64,000 nt of DNA from the NCBI GenBank assembly GCA_964016885.1, contig OZ024744.1, forward strand, positions 121,396,001-121,460,000. The letters are read 5' to 3'. The position numbers and the translations under genes are program-made. The notes under the pieces are model-generated. The model was given only the letters and a program-made list of their open reading frames with translations, searched no databases and was not told the DNA's origin. Shown piece by piece: positions 1 through 13,428 of this stretch. The DNA is from Eledone cirrhosa. Lineage: Eukaryota. Within the stretch, counting starts at the first letter, position 1. Each line of letters begins with the position of its first letter.

Positions 1-1619
1 TGTGTTGAGGAAGGATAAAAGTGAGTGGGTGAGAGGAATAGAGGTAGTGATGGATGTTGTGAAGAGAGATAGTTTGAGATGGTTGGGTCATGTGTTGAGG
101 AAGGTTGAATGTGAATGGGTGAGAGGAATAGAGGTTTTGATGGATGTTGTGAAGACAGATAGTGTGAGATGGTTGGGTCATGTGTTGAGGAAGTATGAAA
201 GTGACTGGGTGAGAGGAATAGAGGTAGTGATGGATGTTGTGAAGAGAGATAGTGTGAGATGGTTGGGTCATGTGTTGAGGAGGGATAAAATTGATTGGGT
301 GAGAGGAATAGAGGTAGTGATGGATGTTGTGAAGAGAGATAGTGTGAGATGGTTGGGTCATGTGTTGAGGAAGGATAAAAGTGAGTGGGTGAGAGGAATA
401 GAGGTAGTGATGGATGTTGTGAAGAGAGATAGTGTGAGATGGTTGGGTCATGTGTTGAGGAAGGATTAAAGTGACTGGGTGAGAGGAATAGAGGTAGTGA
501 TGGATGTTGTGAAGAGAGATAGTGTGAGATGGTTGGGTCATGTGTTGAGGAGGGATAAAATTGATTGGGTGAGAGGAATAGAGGTAGTGATGGATGTAGT
601 GAAGAGAGATAGTGTGAGATGGTTGGGTCATGTGTTGAGGAAGTATGAAAGTGACTGGGTGAGAGGAATAGAGGTAGTGATAGATGTTGTGAAGACAGAT
701 AGTGTGAGATGGTTGGGTCATGTGTTGAGGAAGTATGAAAGTGACTGGGTGAGAGGAATAGAGGTAGTGATGGATGTTGTGAAGAGAGATAGTGTGAGAT
801 GGTTGGGTCATGTGTTGAGGAAGGATTAAAGTGACTGGGTGAGAGGAATCGAGGTAGTGATGGATGTTGTGAAGAGAGATAGTGTGAGATGGTTGGGTCA
901 TGTGTTGAGGAAGGATAAAAGTGACTGGGTGAGAGGAATAGAGGTAGTGATGGATGTTGTAAAGGTAGATAGTGTGAGATGGTTGGATCATGTGTTGAGG
1001 AAGGTTAAAAGTGACTGGGTGAGTGGAATAGAGGTAGTGATGGATGTTGTGAAGAGAGATAGTGTGAGATGGTTGGATCATATGTTGAGGAAGGATAAAA
1101 GTGACTGGGTGAGAGGAATAGAGGTAGTGATGGATGTTGTGAGGAGAGATAGTGTGAGATAGTTGGGTCATATGTTGAGGAAGGATAAAAGTGACTGGGT
1201 GAGAGGAATAGAGTTAGTGATGGATGTTGTGAAGAGAGATAGTGTGGGACGGTAGGGTCATGTGTTGAGGAAGTATGAAAGTGACTGGGTGAGAGGAATA
1301 AGAGGTAGTGATGGATGTTGTGAAGAGAGATAGTGTGAGATGGTTGGGTCATGTGTTGAGGAAGGATAAAAGTGAGTGGGTGAGAGGAATAGAGGTAGTG
1401 ATGGATGTTGTGAAGAGAGATAGTGTGAGATGGTTGGGTCATGTTTTGAGGAAGTATGAAAGTGACTGGGTGAGAGGAATAGAGGTAGTGACGGATGTTG
1501 TGAAGAGAGATAGTGTGAGATGGTTGGGTCATATGTTGAGGAAGGATAAAAGTGACTGGGTGAGAGGAATAGAGGTAGTGATGGATGTTGTGAGGAGAGA
1601 TAGTGTGAGATGGTTGGGT

Positions 1620-4600
1620 CATGTGTTGAGGAAGTATGAAAGTGACTGGGTGAGAGGAATAGAGGTAGTGATAGATGTTGTGAAGACAGATAGTGTGAGA
1701 TGGTTGTGTAATGTGTTGAGGAAGTATGAAAGTGACTGGGTGAGAGGAATAGAGGTAGTGATGGATGTTGTGAAGAGAGATAGTGTGAGATGGTTGGGTC
1801 ATGTGTTGAGGAAGGATTAAAGTGACTGGGTGAGAGGAATAGAGGTAGTGATGGATGTTGTGAAGAGAGATAGTGTGAGATGGTTAGGTCATGTGTTGAG
1901 GAGGGATAAAAGTGACTGGGTGAGAGGAATAGAGGTAGTGATGGATGTTGTGAAGAGAGATCGTGTGAGATGGTTGGGTCATGTGTTAAGGAAGTATGAA
2001 TGCGACTGGGTGAGAGGAATAGAGGTAGTTATGGATGTTGTGAAGAGAGATAGTGTGAGATGGTTGGGTCATGTGTTGAGGAAGGATGAAAGTGACTGGG
2101 TGAGAGGAATAGAGGTAGTGATGGATGTTGTGAAGAGAGATAGTGTGAGATGGTTGGGTCATGTGTTGAGGAAGGATAAAAGTGACTGGGTGAGAGGAAT
2201 AGAGGTAGTGATGGATATTGTGAAGAGATATAGTCTGAGATGGTTAGGTCATGTGTTGAGGAAGGATGAAAGTGACTGGGTGAGAGGAATAGAGGTAGTT
2301 ATGGATGTTGTGAAGAGAGATAGTGTGAGATGGTTGGGTCATGTGTTGAGGAAGGATAAAAGTGACTGGGTGAGAGGAATAGAGGAAGTGATGGATGTTG
2401 TGAAGAGAGATAGTGTGAGATGGTGGGGTCATGTGTTGAGGAAGGCTAAAAGTGACTGGGTGAGAGGAATAGAGGTAGTGATGGATGTGGGTGAAGAGAG
2501 ATAGTGTGAGATGGTTGAGTCATGTGTTGAGGAAGGATGAGAATGACTGGGAGAGAGGAATAGAGGTAGTGATGGATGTTGTGAAGAGAGATAGTGTGAG
2601 ATGGTTGGGTCATGTGTTGAGGAAGGATGAAAATGACTAGGTGAGAGGAACAGAGGTAGTGATGGATGTTGTGAAGAGAGATAGTGTGAGATGGTTGGAT
2701 CATGTGTTGAGGAAGGATAAAGGTGACTGGGTGAGTGGAATAGAGGTAGTGATGGATGTTGTGAAGAGAGATAGTGTGGTACGGTTCGGTCATTTGTTGA
2801 GGAAGTATGAAAATGACTGGGTGAGAGGAATCAGAGGTAGTGATGGATGTTGTGAAAAGAGATAGTGTGAGATGGTTGGGTCATGTATTGAGGAAGTATG
2901 AAAGTGACGGGGTGAGAGGAATAGAGGTAGTGATGGATGTTGTGAAGAGAGATAGTGTGAGATGGTTAGCTCATGCGTTGAGGAAGGATAAAAGTGACTG
3001 GGTGAGAGGAATAGAGGTTGTGATGGATGTTGTGAAGAGAGATAGTGTGAGATGGTTGGGTCATGTGTTGAGGAAGTATGAAAGTGACTGGGTGAGAGGA
3101 ATAGAGGTAGTGATGGATGTTGTGAAGAGAGATAGTGTGAGATGGTTGGGTCATATGTTGAGGAAGGATAAAAGTGACTGGGTGAGAGGAATAGAGGTAG
3201 TGATGGATGTTGTGAGGAGAGATAGTGTGAGATGGTTGGTTCATGTGTTGAGGCAGTATGAAAGTGACTGGGTGAGAGGAATAGAGGTAGTGATAGATGT
3301 TGTGAAGAGAGATAGTGTGAGATGGTTGGATCATGTGTTGAGGAAGTATGAAAGTGACCGGGTGAGAGGAATAGAGGTAGTGATAGATGTTGTGAAGAGA
3401 GATAGTGTGAGATGGTTGGGTCATGTGTTGAGGAAGTATGAAAGTGACTGGGTGAGAGGAATAGAGGTAGAGATGGATGTTGTGAAGAGAGATAGTGTGC
3501 GATGGTTGGGTCATGTGTTGAGGAAGTATGAAAGTGACTGGGTGAGAGGAATAGAGGTAGTGATAGATTTTGTGAAGAGAGATAGTGTGAGATGGTTGGG
3601 TCATGTGTTGAGGAAGGATAAAAGTGACTGGGTGAGAGGAATAGAGGTAGTGATGGATGTTGTGAAGAGAGATAGTGTGAGATGGTTGGGTCATGTGTTG
3701 AGGAAGGATAAAAGTGAGTGGGTGAGAGGAATAGAGGTAGTGATGGATGTTGTGAAGAGAGATAGTTTGAGATGGTTGGGTCATGTGTTGAGGAAGGTTG
3801 AATGTGAATGGGTGAGAGGAATAGAGGTTTTGATGGATGTTGTGAAGAGAGATAGTGTGAGAGGGTTAGCTCATGTGTTGAGGAAGGATAAAAGTGACTG
3901 GGTGAGAGGGATAGAGGTTGTGATGGATGTTGTGAAGAGAGATAGTGTGAGATGGTTGGGTCATGTGTTGAGGAAGTATGAAAGTGACTGGGTGAGAGGA
4001 ATAGAGGTAGAGATGGATGTTGTGAAGAGAGATAGAGTGAGATGGTTGGGTCATGTGTTGAGGAAGTATGAAAGTGACTGGGTGAGGGAATAGAGGTAGT
4101 GATGGATGATGTGAAGAGAGATAGTGTGAGATGGTTGGGTCATGTGTTGAGGAAGGATAAAAGTGAGTGGGTGAGAGGAATAGAGGTAGTGATGGATGTT
4201 GTGAAGAGAGATAGTGTGAGATGGTTGGGTCATGTGTTGAGGAAGGATTAAAGTGACTGGGTGAGAGGAATAGAGGTAGTGATGGATGTTGTGAAGAGAG
4301 ATAGTGTGAGATGGTTGGGTCATGTGTTGAGGAGGGATAAAATTGATTGGGTGAGAGGAATAGAGGTAGTGATGGATGTTGTGAAGAGAGATAGTGTGAG
4401 ATGGTTGGGTCATGTGTTGAGGAAGTATGAAAGTGACTGGGTGAGAGGAATAGAGGTAGTGATAGATGTTGTGAAGACAGATAGTGTGAGATGGTTGGGT
4501 CATGTGTTGAGGAAGGATTAAAGTGACTGGGTGAGAGGAATAGAGGTAGTGATGGATGTTGTAAAGGTAGATAGTGTGAGATGGTTGGGTCATATGTTGA

Positions 4601-7540
4601 GGAAGGATAAAAGTGACTGGGTGAGAGGAATAGAGGTAGTGATGGATGTTGTGAGGAGAGATAGTGTGAGATAGTTGGGTCATATGTTGAGGAAGGATAA
4701 AAGTGACTGGGTGAGAGGAATAGAGTTAGTGATGGATGTTGTGAAGAGAGATAGTGTGGGACGGTAGGGTCATGTGTTGAGGAAGTATGAAAGTGACTGG
4801 GTGAGAGGAATAGAGGTAGTGACGGATGTTGTGAAGAGAGATAGTGTGAGATGGTTGGGTCATATGTTGAGGAAGGATAAAAGTGACTGGGTGAGAGGAA
4901 TAGAGGTAGTGATGGATGTTGTGAGGAGAGATAGTGTGAGATAGTTGGGTCATGTGTTGAGGAAGTATGAAAGTGACCGTGTGAGAGGAATAGAGGTAGT
5001 GATGGATGTTGTGAAGAGAGATAGTGTGAGATGGTTGGGTCATGTGTTGAGGAAGTATGAAAGTGACTGGGTGAGAGGAATAGAGGTAGAGATGGATGTT
5101 GTGGAGAGATAGTGTGAGATGGTTGGGTCATGTGTTGAGGAAGTATGAAAGTGACTGGGTGAGAGGAATAGAGGTAGTGATGGATGTTGTGAAGAGAGAT
5201 AGTGTGAGATGGTGGGGTCATGTGTTGAGGAAGGATAAAAGTGACTGGGTGAGAGGAATAGAGGTAGTGATGGATGTTGTGAAGAGAGATAGTGTGAGAT
5301 GGTTAGCTCATGTGTTGAGGAAGGATAAAAGTGACTGGGTGAGAGGAATAGAGGTTGTGATGGATGTTGTGAAGAGAGATAGTGTGAGATGGTTGGGTAA
5401 TGTGTTGAGGAAGTATGAAAGTGACTGGGTGAGAGGAATAGAGGTAGTGATAGATGTTGTGAAGAGAGATAGTGTGAGATGGTTGGGTCATGTGTTGAGG
5501 AAGTATGAAAGTGACTGGGTGAGAGGAATAGAGGTAGAGATGGATGTTGTGAAGAGAGATAGTGTGAGATGGTTGGGTCATGTGTTGAGGAAGTGTGAAA
5601 GTGACTGGGTGAGAGGAATAGAGGTTTTGATGGATGTTGTGAAGAGAGATAGTGTGAGATGGTTGGGTCATGTGTTGAGGAAGCATGAAAGTGACTGGGT
5701 GAGAGGAATAGAGGTAGTGATGGATGTTGTGAAGAGAGATAGTGTGAGATGGTTGGGTCATGTGTTGAGGAAGGATAAAAGTGACTGGGTGAGAGGAATA
5801 GAGGTAGTGATGGATGTTGCGAAGAGATATAGTGTGAGATGGTTGGGTCATGTGTTGAGGAAGGATAAAAGTGACTGGGTGAGAGGAATAGAGGTTTTGA
5901 TGGATGTTGTGAAGAGAGATAGTGTGAGATGGTTAGCTCATGTGTTGAGGAAGGATAAAAGTGACTGGGTGAGAGGAATAGAGGTAGTGATGGATGTTGT
6001 GAAGAGAGATAGTGTGAGATGGTTGGGTCATGTGTTGAGGAAGGTTGAATGTGAATGGGTGAGAGGAATAGAGGTTTTGATGGATGTTGTGAAGAGAGAT
6101 AGTGTGAGATGGTTAGCTCATGTGTTGAGGAAGGATAAAAGTGACTGGGTGAGAGGAATAGAGGTTGTGATGGATGTTGTGAAGCGAGATAGTGTGAGAT
6201 GGTTGGGTCATGTGTTGAGGAAGTATGAAAGTGACTGGGTGAGAGGAATAGAGGTAGTGATAGATGTTGTGAAGACAGATAGTGTGAGATGGTTGTGTCA
6301 TGTGTTGAGGAAGTATGAAAGTGACTGGGTGAGAGGAATAGAGGTAGTGATGGATGTTGTGAAGGGAGATAGTGTGAGATGGTTGGGTCATGTGTTGAGG
6401 AAGGATTAAAGTGACTGGGTGAGAGGAATAGAGGTAGTGATGGATTTTGTGAAGAGAGATAGTGTGAGATGGTTAGGTCATGTGTTGAGGAGGGATAAAA
6501 GTGACTGGGTGAGAGGAATAGAGGTAGTGATGGATGTTGTGAAGAGAGATCGTGTGAGATGGTTGGGTCATGTGTTAAGGAAGTATGAATGCGACTGGGT
6601 GAGAGGAATAGAGGTAGTTATGGATGTTGTGAAGAGAGATAGTGTGAGATGGTTGGGTCATGTGTTGAGGAAGGATGAAAGTGACTGGGTGAGAGGAATA
6701 GAGGTAGTGATGGATGTTGTGAAGAGAGATAGTGTGAGATGGTTGGGTCATGTGTTGAGGAAGGATAAAAGTGACTGGGTGAGAGGAATAGAGGTAGTGA
6801 TGGATATTGTGAAGAGATATAGTCTGAGATGGTTAGGTCATGTGTTGAGGAAGGATGAAAGTGACTGGGTGAGAGGAATAGAGGTAGTTATGGATGTTGT
6901 GAAGAGAGATAGTGTGAGATGGTTGGGTCATGTGTTGAAGAAGGATAAAAGTGACTGGGTGAGAGGAATAGAGGAAGTGATGGATGTTGTGAAGAGAGAT
7001 AGTGTGAGATGGTTGGGTCATGTGTTGAGGAAGGCTAAAAGTGACTGGGTGAGAGGAATAGAGGTAGTGATGGATGTGGGTGAAGAGAGATAGTGTGAGA
7101 TGGTTGAGTCATGTGTTGAGGAAGGATGAGAATGACTGGGTGAGAGGAATAGTGGTAGTGATGGATGTTGTGAAGAGAGATAGTGTGAGATGGTTGGGTC
7201 ATGTGTTGAGGAAGGATGAAAATGACTAGGTGAGAGGAACAGAGGTAGTGATGGATGTTGTGAAGACAGATAGTGTGAGATGGTTGGATCATGTGTTGAG
7301 GAAGGATAAAGGTGACTGGGTGAGTGGAATAGAGGTAGTGATGGATGTTGTGAAGAGAGATAGTGTGGGACGGTTCGGTCATGTGTTGAGGAAGTATGAA
7401 AATGACTGGGTGAGAGGAATCAGAGGTAGTGATGGATGTTGTGAAAAGAGATAGTGTGAGATGGTTGGGTCATGTATTGAGGAAGTATGAAAGTGACGGG
7501 GTGAGAGGAATAGAGGTAGTGATGGATGTTGTGAAGAGAG
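1620..7540 (+). repeat. Dispersed duplicate pair of about 1.3 kb (approx. 1620-2950 and 6210-7540), offset 4589 bp
   Basis: ORF offsets 1830/6419, 2244/6833 and 2641/7230 are all 4589. Shared rare alleles include GAATGCGACTGG, GATATTGTGAAGAGATATAGTCTG and GGTTGAGTCAT. Confidence 0.88.
5701..5790 (+). mobile_element. Representative monomer: probable fragment of an RTE-clade non-LTR retrotransposon (LINE) ORF, from the region C-terminal to the RT domain; non-functional remnant
   Basis: The + frame translates as (R)GIEVVMDVVKRDSVRWLGHVLRKDKSDWV. This resembles the RTE-type post-RT segment I recall, roughly 'LGI..I...V+..RLRW.GHV.R.....W.+'. Recognised from motif memory only; no endonuclease or RT catalytic (YADD-type) motifs are present in the window. 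Confidence 0.75.
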
Positions 7541-10500
7541 ATAGTGAGATGGTTGGGTCATGTGTTGAGGAAGGTTGAATGTGAATGGGTGAAGGAATAG
7601 AGGTAGTGATGGATGTTGTGAAGAGAGATAGTGTGGGACGGTTGGGTCATGTGTTGAGGAAGTATGAAAGTGACTGGGTGAGAGGAATCAGAGGTAGTGA
7701 TGGATGTTGTGAAGAGAGATAGTGTGAGATGGTTGGGTCATGTGTTGAGGAAGGATAAAAGTGACTGGGTGAGAGGAATAGAGGTAGTGATGGATGTTGT
7801 GAAGAGAGATAGTGTTAGACGGTTGGGTCATGTGATGAGGAAGGTTAAAGGTGACTGGGTGAGTGGAATAGATGTTGTGATGTATGTTGTGAAGAGAGAT
7901 AGTGTGGGACGGTTGGGTCATGTGTTGAGGAAGTATGAAAGTGACTGGGTGAGAGGAATCAGAGGTAGTGATGGATGTTGTGAAGAGAGATAGTGTGAGA
8001 TGGTTGGGTCATGTGTTGAGGAAGGATAAAAGTGACTGGGTGAGAGGAATAGAGGTGGTGATGGATGTTGTGAAGAGAGATAGTGTGGGACGGTTGGGTC
8101 ATGTGTTGAGGAATTATGAAAGTGACTGGGTGAGAGGAATCAGAGGTAGTGATGGATGTTGTGAAGAGAGATAGTGTGAGATGGTTGGGTCATGTGTTGA
8201 GGAAGGATAAAAGTGACTGGGTGAGAGGAATAGAGGTAGTGATGGATGTTGTGAAGAGAGATAGTGTGAGATGGTTCGGTCATGTGTTGAGGCAGTATGA
8301 AAGTGACAGGGTAAGAGGAAAAGAAGAAGTGATGGATGTTGTGAAGAGAGATTGTGTGAGATGGTTGGGTCATGTGTTGAGGAAGGATAAAAGTGACTGG
8401 GTGAGAGGAATAGAGTTTGTGATGGATGTTGTGAAGAGAGATAGTGAGATGGTTGGGTCATGTGTTGAGGAAGGTTGAATGTGAATGGGTGAAGGAATAG
8501 AGGTAGTGTTGGATGTTGTGAAGAGAGATAGTGTGGGACGGTTGGGTCATGTGTTGAGGAAGTATGAAAGTGACTGGGTGAGAGGAATCAGAGGTAGTGA
8601 TGGATGTTGTGAAGAGAGATAGTGTGAGATGGTTGGGTCATGTGTTGAGGAAGGATAAAAGTGACTGGGTGAGAGGAATAGAGGTAGTGATGGATGTTGT
8701 GAAGAGAGATAGTGTGAGATGGTTGGGTCATGTGTTGAGGAAGGATAAAAGTGACTGAGTGAGAGGAATAGAAGTAGTGATGGATGTTGTGAAGAGAGAT
8801 AGTGTGAGATGGTTGGGTCATGTGTTGAGGAAGGATGAAAGTGACTGGGTGAGAGGAATAGAGGTAGTGATGGATGTTGTGAAGAGAGATAGTGTGAGAT
8901 GGTTGGGTCATGTGTTGAGGAAGGATAAAAGTGACTGGGTGAGAGGAATAGAGGTAGTGATGGATGTTGCGAAGAGAGATGGTGTGAGATGGTTGGGTCA
9001 TGTGTTGAGGAAGGATAAAAGTGACTGGGTGAGAGGAATAGAGGTAGTGATGGATGTTGTGAAGAGAGATAGTGTGAGATGGTTGGCTCATGTGTTGAGG
9101 AAGGATAAAAGTGACTGGGTGAGAGGAATAGAGGCTGTGATGGATGTTGTGAAGAGAGATAGTGTGAGATGGTTGGGTCATGTGTTGAGGAAGTATGAAA
9201 GTGACTGGGTGAGAGGAATAGAGGTAGTGATGGATGTTGTGAAGAGAGATAGTGTGAGATGGTTGGGTCATATGTTGAGGAAGGATAAAAGTGACTGGGT
9301 GAGAGGAATAGAGGTAGTGATGGATGTTGTGACGAGAGATAGTGTGAGATGGTTGGTTCATGTGTTGAGGAAGTATGAAAGAGACTGGGTGAGAGGAATA
9401 GAGGTAGTGATAGATGTTGTGAAGAGAGATAGTGTGAGATGGTTGGGTCATGTGTTGAGGAAGTATGAAAGTGACTGGGTGAGAGGAATAGAGGTAGTGA
9501 TGGATGTTGTGAAGTGAGATAGTGTGAGATGGTTGGGTTATGTGTTGAGGAAGGATGAACGTAACTGGGTGAGAGGAATAGAGGTAGTGATGGATGTTGT
9601 GAAGAGAGATAGTGTGAGATGGTTGTGTCATGTGTTGAGGAAGGATAAAAGTGACTGGGTGAGTGAATAGAGGTAGTGATGGATGTTGTGAAGAGAGATA
9701 GTGTGAGATGGTTGGGTCATGTGTTGAGGAAGTATGAAAGTGACTGGGTGAGAGGAATAGAGGTAGTGATGGATGTTGTGAAGAGAGATAGTGTGAGATG
9801 GTTGGGTCATATGTTGAGGAAGGTTAAAAGTGACTGGGTGAGTGGAATAGAGGTAGTGATGGATGTTGTGAAGAGAGATAGTGTGAGATGGTTGGGTCAT
9901 GTGTTGAGGAAGGATGAAAGTGACTGGGTGAGAGGAATAGAGGTAGTGATGGATGTTGTGAAGAGAGATAGTGTGAGATGGTTGGGTCATGTGTTGAGGA
10001 AGGATAAAAGTGACTGGGTGAGAGGAATAGAGGTAGTGATGGATGTTGTGAAGAGAGATTATGTGAGAGGGTTGGGTCATGTGTTGAGGAAGGATAAAAG
10101 TGACTGGGTGAGAGGAATAGAAGTAGTGATGGATGTTGTGAAGAGAGATAGTGTGAGATGGTTGGGTCATGTGTTGAGGAAGGATGAAAGTGACTGGGTG
10201 AGAGGAATAGAGGTAGTGATGGATGTTGTGAAGAGAGATAGTGTGAGATGGTTGGGTCATGTGTTGAGGAAGGATAAAAGTGACTGGGTGAGAGGAATAG
10301 AGGTAGTGATGGATGTTGTGAAGAGAGATTGTGTGAGATGGTTGGGTCATGTGTTGAGGAAGGATAAAAGTAACTGGGTGAGAGGAATAGAGGTTGTGAT
10401 GGATGTTGTGAAGAGAGATAGTGTGAGATGGTTTGGTCATGTGTTGAGGAAGTATGAAAGTGACTGGGTGAGAGGAATAGAGGTAGTGATGGATGTTGTG

Positions 10501-11928
10501 AAGAGAGATAGTGTGAGATGGTTGGGTCATATGTTGAGGAAGGATAAAAGTGACTGTGTGAGAGGAATAGAGGTAGTAATGGATATTGTGAGGAGAGATA
10601 GTGTGAGATGGTTGGTTCATGTGTTGAGGAAGTATGAAAGTGACTGGGTGAGAGGAATAGAGGTAGTGATAGATGTTGTGAAGAGAGATAGTGTGAGATG
10701 GTTGGGTCATGTGTTGAGGAAGTATGAAAGTGACTGGGTGAGAGGAATAGAGGTAGTGATGGATGTTGTGAAGAGAGATTGTGTGAGATGGTTGGGTCAT
10801 ATGTTGAGGAAGGATAAAATTGATTGGGTGAGAGGAATACAGGTAGTGATGGATGTTGTGAAGAGAGATCGTGTGAGATGGTTGGGTCATGTGTTGAGGA
10901 AGGATAAAAGTGACTGGGTGAGAGGAATAGAGTTTGTGATGGATGTTGTGAAGAGAGATAGTGTGAGATGGTTGGTTCATGTGTTGAGGAAGGATAAAAG
11001 TGACTGGGTGAGAGGAATAGAGGTAGTGATGGATGTTGTGAAGAGAGATAGTGTGAGATGGTTGGGTCATGTGTTGAGGAAGGATAAAAGTGACTGGGTG
11101 AGAGGAATAGAGGTAGTGATGGATGTTGTGAAGAGAGATAGTGTTAGATGGTTGGGTCATGTGTTGAGGAAGGTTAAAAGTGACTGGGTGAGTGGAATAG
11201 AGGTAGTGATGGATTTTGTGAAGAGTGATAGTGTGAGATGGTTGGGTCATGTGTTGAGGAAGTATGAAAATGACTGGGTGAGAGGAATCAGAGGTAGTGA
11301 TGGATGTTGTGAAGAGAAATAGTGTGAGATGGTTGCGTCATGTGTTGAGGAAGGATAAAAGTGACTGGGTAAGAGGAATAGATGTAGTGATGGATGTTGT
11401 GAAGAGAGATAGTGTGAGATGGTTCGGTCATGTGTTGAGGCAGTATGAAAGTGACTGGGTAAGAGGAAAAGAAGTAGTGATGGATGTTGTGAAAAGAGAT
11501 AGTGTGAGATGGTTGGGTTATGTATTGAGGAAGTATGAAAGTGACGGGGTGAGAGGAATAGAGGTAGTGATGGATGTTGTGAAGAGAGATAGTGAGATGG
11601 TTGGGTCATGTGTTGAGGAAGGTTGAATGTGAATGGATGAAGGAATAGAGGTAGTGATGGATGTTGTGAAGAGAGATAGTGTGGAACGGTTGGGTCATGT
11701 GTTGAGGAAGTATGAAAGTGACTGGGTGAGAGGAATCAGAGGTAGTGATGGATGTTGTGAAGAGAGATAGTGTGAGATGGTTGGGTCATGTATTGAGGAA
11801 GGATAAAAGTGACTGGGTGAGAGGAATAGAGGTAGTGATGGATGTTGTGAAGAGAGATAGTGTTAGATGGTTGGGTCATGTGTTGAGGAAGGTTAAAAGT
11901 GACTGGGTGAGTGGAATAGAGGTAGTGA

Positions 11929-13428
11929 TGGATGTTGTGAAGAGAGATAGTGTGGGACGGTTGGGTCATGTGTTGAGGAAGTATGAATGTGACTGGGTGA
12001 GAGGAATAGAGGTAGTTATGGATGTTGTGAAGAGAGATAGTGTGAGATGGTTGGGTCATGTGTTGAGGAAGGATGAAAGTGACTGGGTGAGAGGAATAGA
12101 GGTAGTGATGGATGTTGTGAAGAGAGATAGTGTGAGATGGTTGGGTCATGTGTTGAGGAAGGAAAAAAGTGACTGGGTGAGAGGAATAGAGGTAGTGATG
12201 GATGTTGTGAAGAGAGATAGTCTGAGATGGTTAGGTCATGTGTTGAAGAAGGATGAAAGTGACTGGGTGAGAGGAATAGAGGTAGTCATGGATGTTGTGA
12301 AGAGAGATAGTGTGGGACGGTTGGGTCATGTGTTGAGGAAGTATGAAAGTGACTGGGTGAGAGGAATCAGAGGTAGTGACGGATGTTGTGAAGAGAGATA
12401 GTGTGAGATGGTTGGGTCATGTGTTGAGGAAGGATAAAAGTGACTGGGTGAGAGGAATAGAGGTAGTGATGGATGTTGTGAAGAGAGATAGTGTTAGATG
12501 GTTGGGTCATGTGATGAGGAAGGTTAAAGGTGACTGGGTGAGTGGAATAGATGTTGTGATGGATGTTGTGAAGAGAGATAGTCTGAGATGGTTAGGTCAT
12601 GTGTTGAGGAAGGATGAAAGTGACTGGGTGAGAGGAATAGAGGTAGTCATGGATGTTGTGAAGAGAGATAGTGTGGGACGGTTGGGTCATGTGTTGAGGA
12701 AGTATGAATGTGACTGGGTGAGAGGAATAGAGGTAGTTATGGATGTTGTGAAGAGAGATAGTGTGAGATGGTTGGGTCATGTGTTGAGGAAGGATGAAAG
12801 TGACTGGGTGAGAGGAATAGAGGTAGTGATGGATGTTGTGAAGAGAGATAGTGTGAGATGGTTGGGTCATGTGTTGAGGAAGGAAAAAAGTGACTGGGTG
12901 AGAGGAATAGAGGTAGTGATGGATGTTGTGAAGAGAGATAGTCTGAGATGGTTAGGTCATGTGTTGAGGAAGGATGAAAGTGACTGGGTGAGAGGAATAG
13001 AGGTAGTCATGGATGTTGTGAAGAGAGATAGTGTGGGACGGTTGGGTCATGTGTTGAGGAAGTATGAAAGTGACTGGGTGAGAGGAATCAGAGGTAGTGA
13101 CGGATGTTGTGAAGAGAGATAGTGTGAGATGGTTGGGTCATGTGTTGAGGAAGGATAAAAGTGACTGGGTGAGAGGAATAGAGGTAGTGATGGATGTTGT
13201 GAAGAGAGATAGTGTTAGATGGTTGGGTCATGTGATGAGGAAGGTTAAAGGTGACTGGGTGAGTGGAATAGATGTTGTGATGGATGTTGTGAAGAGAGAT
13301 AGTCTGAGATGGTTAGGTCATGTGTTGAGGAAGGATGAAAGTGACTGGGTGAGAGGAATAGAGGTAGTCATGGATGTTGTGAAGAGAGATAGTGTGGGAC
13401 GGTTGGGTCATGTGTTGAGGAAGTATGA
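11929..13428 (+). repeat. Tandem duplication of an 8-monomer block, period 721 bp
   Basis: Markers GGAAAAAAGT (12161/12882) and GTGACGGATG (12376/13097) recur exactly 721 bp apart. Confidence 0.9.

Noticed and set aside
5701-5880. Canonical G-quadruplex array
   Set aside because: There are only two GGG runs per 90 bp, separated by about 30 and 55 nt, which does not fit the G3-N1-7 pattern. At most weak two-tier structures from GG runs are possible.
9628-11250. His/Ser/Pro-rich minus-strand ORFs (MTQPSHTISLHNIHHYLYSSHPVTFILPQH repeats) as a metal-binding or histidine-rich protein
   Set aside because: This is a compositional artefact. Minus-strand stops need TTA, CTA or TCA on the + strand, and the C-poor consensus has only one such triplet, so two antisense frames stay open by default.
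9676-11322. Long + strand ORFs (up to 548 aa) of 30-aa repeats as a real repeat-protein gene
   Set aside because: They follow automatically from a 90-bp stop-free monomer. Frameshifts (+C, -2, -1, -14) and stops (GATTAA, GACTAG, AGATAG) have been amplified freely, many variants are non-synonymous, and there is no unique N- or C-terminal sequence.
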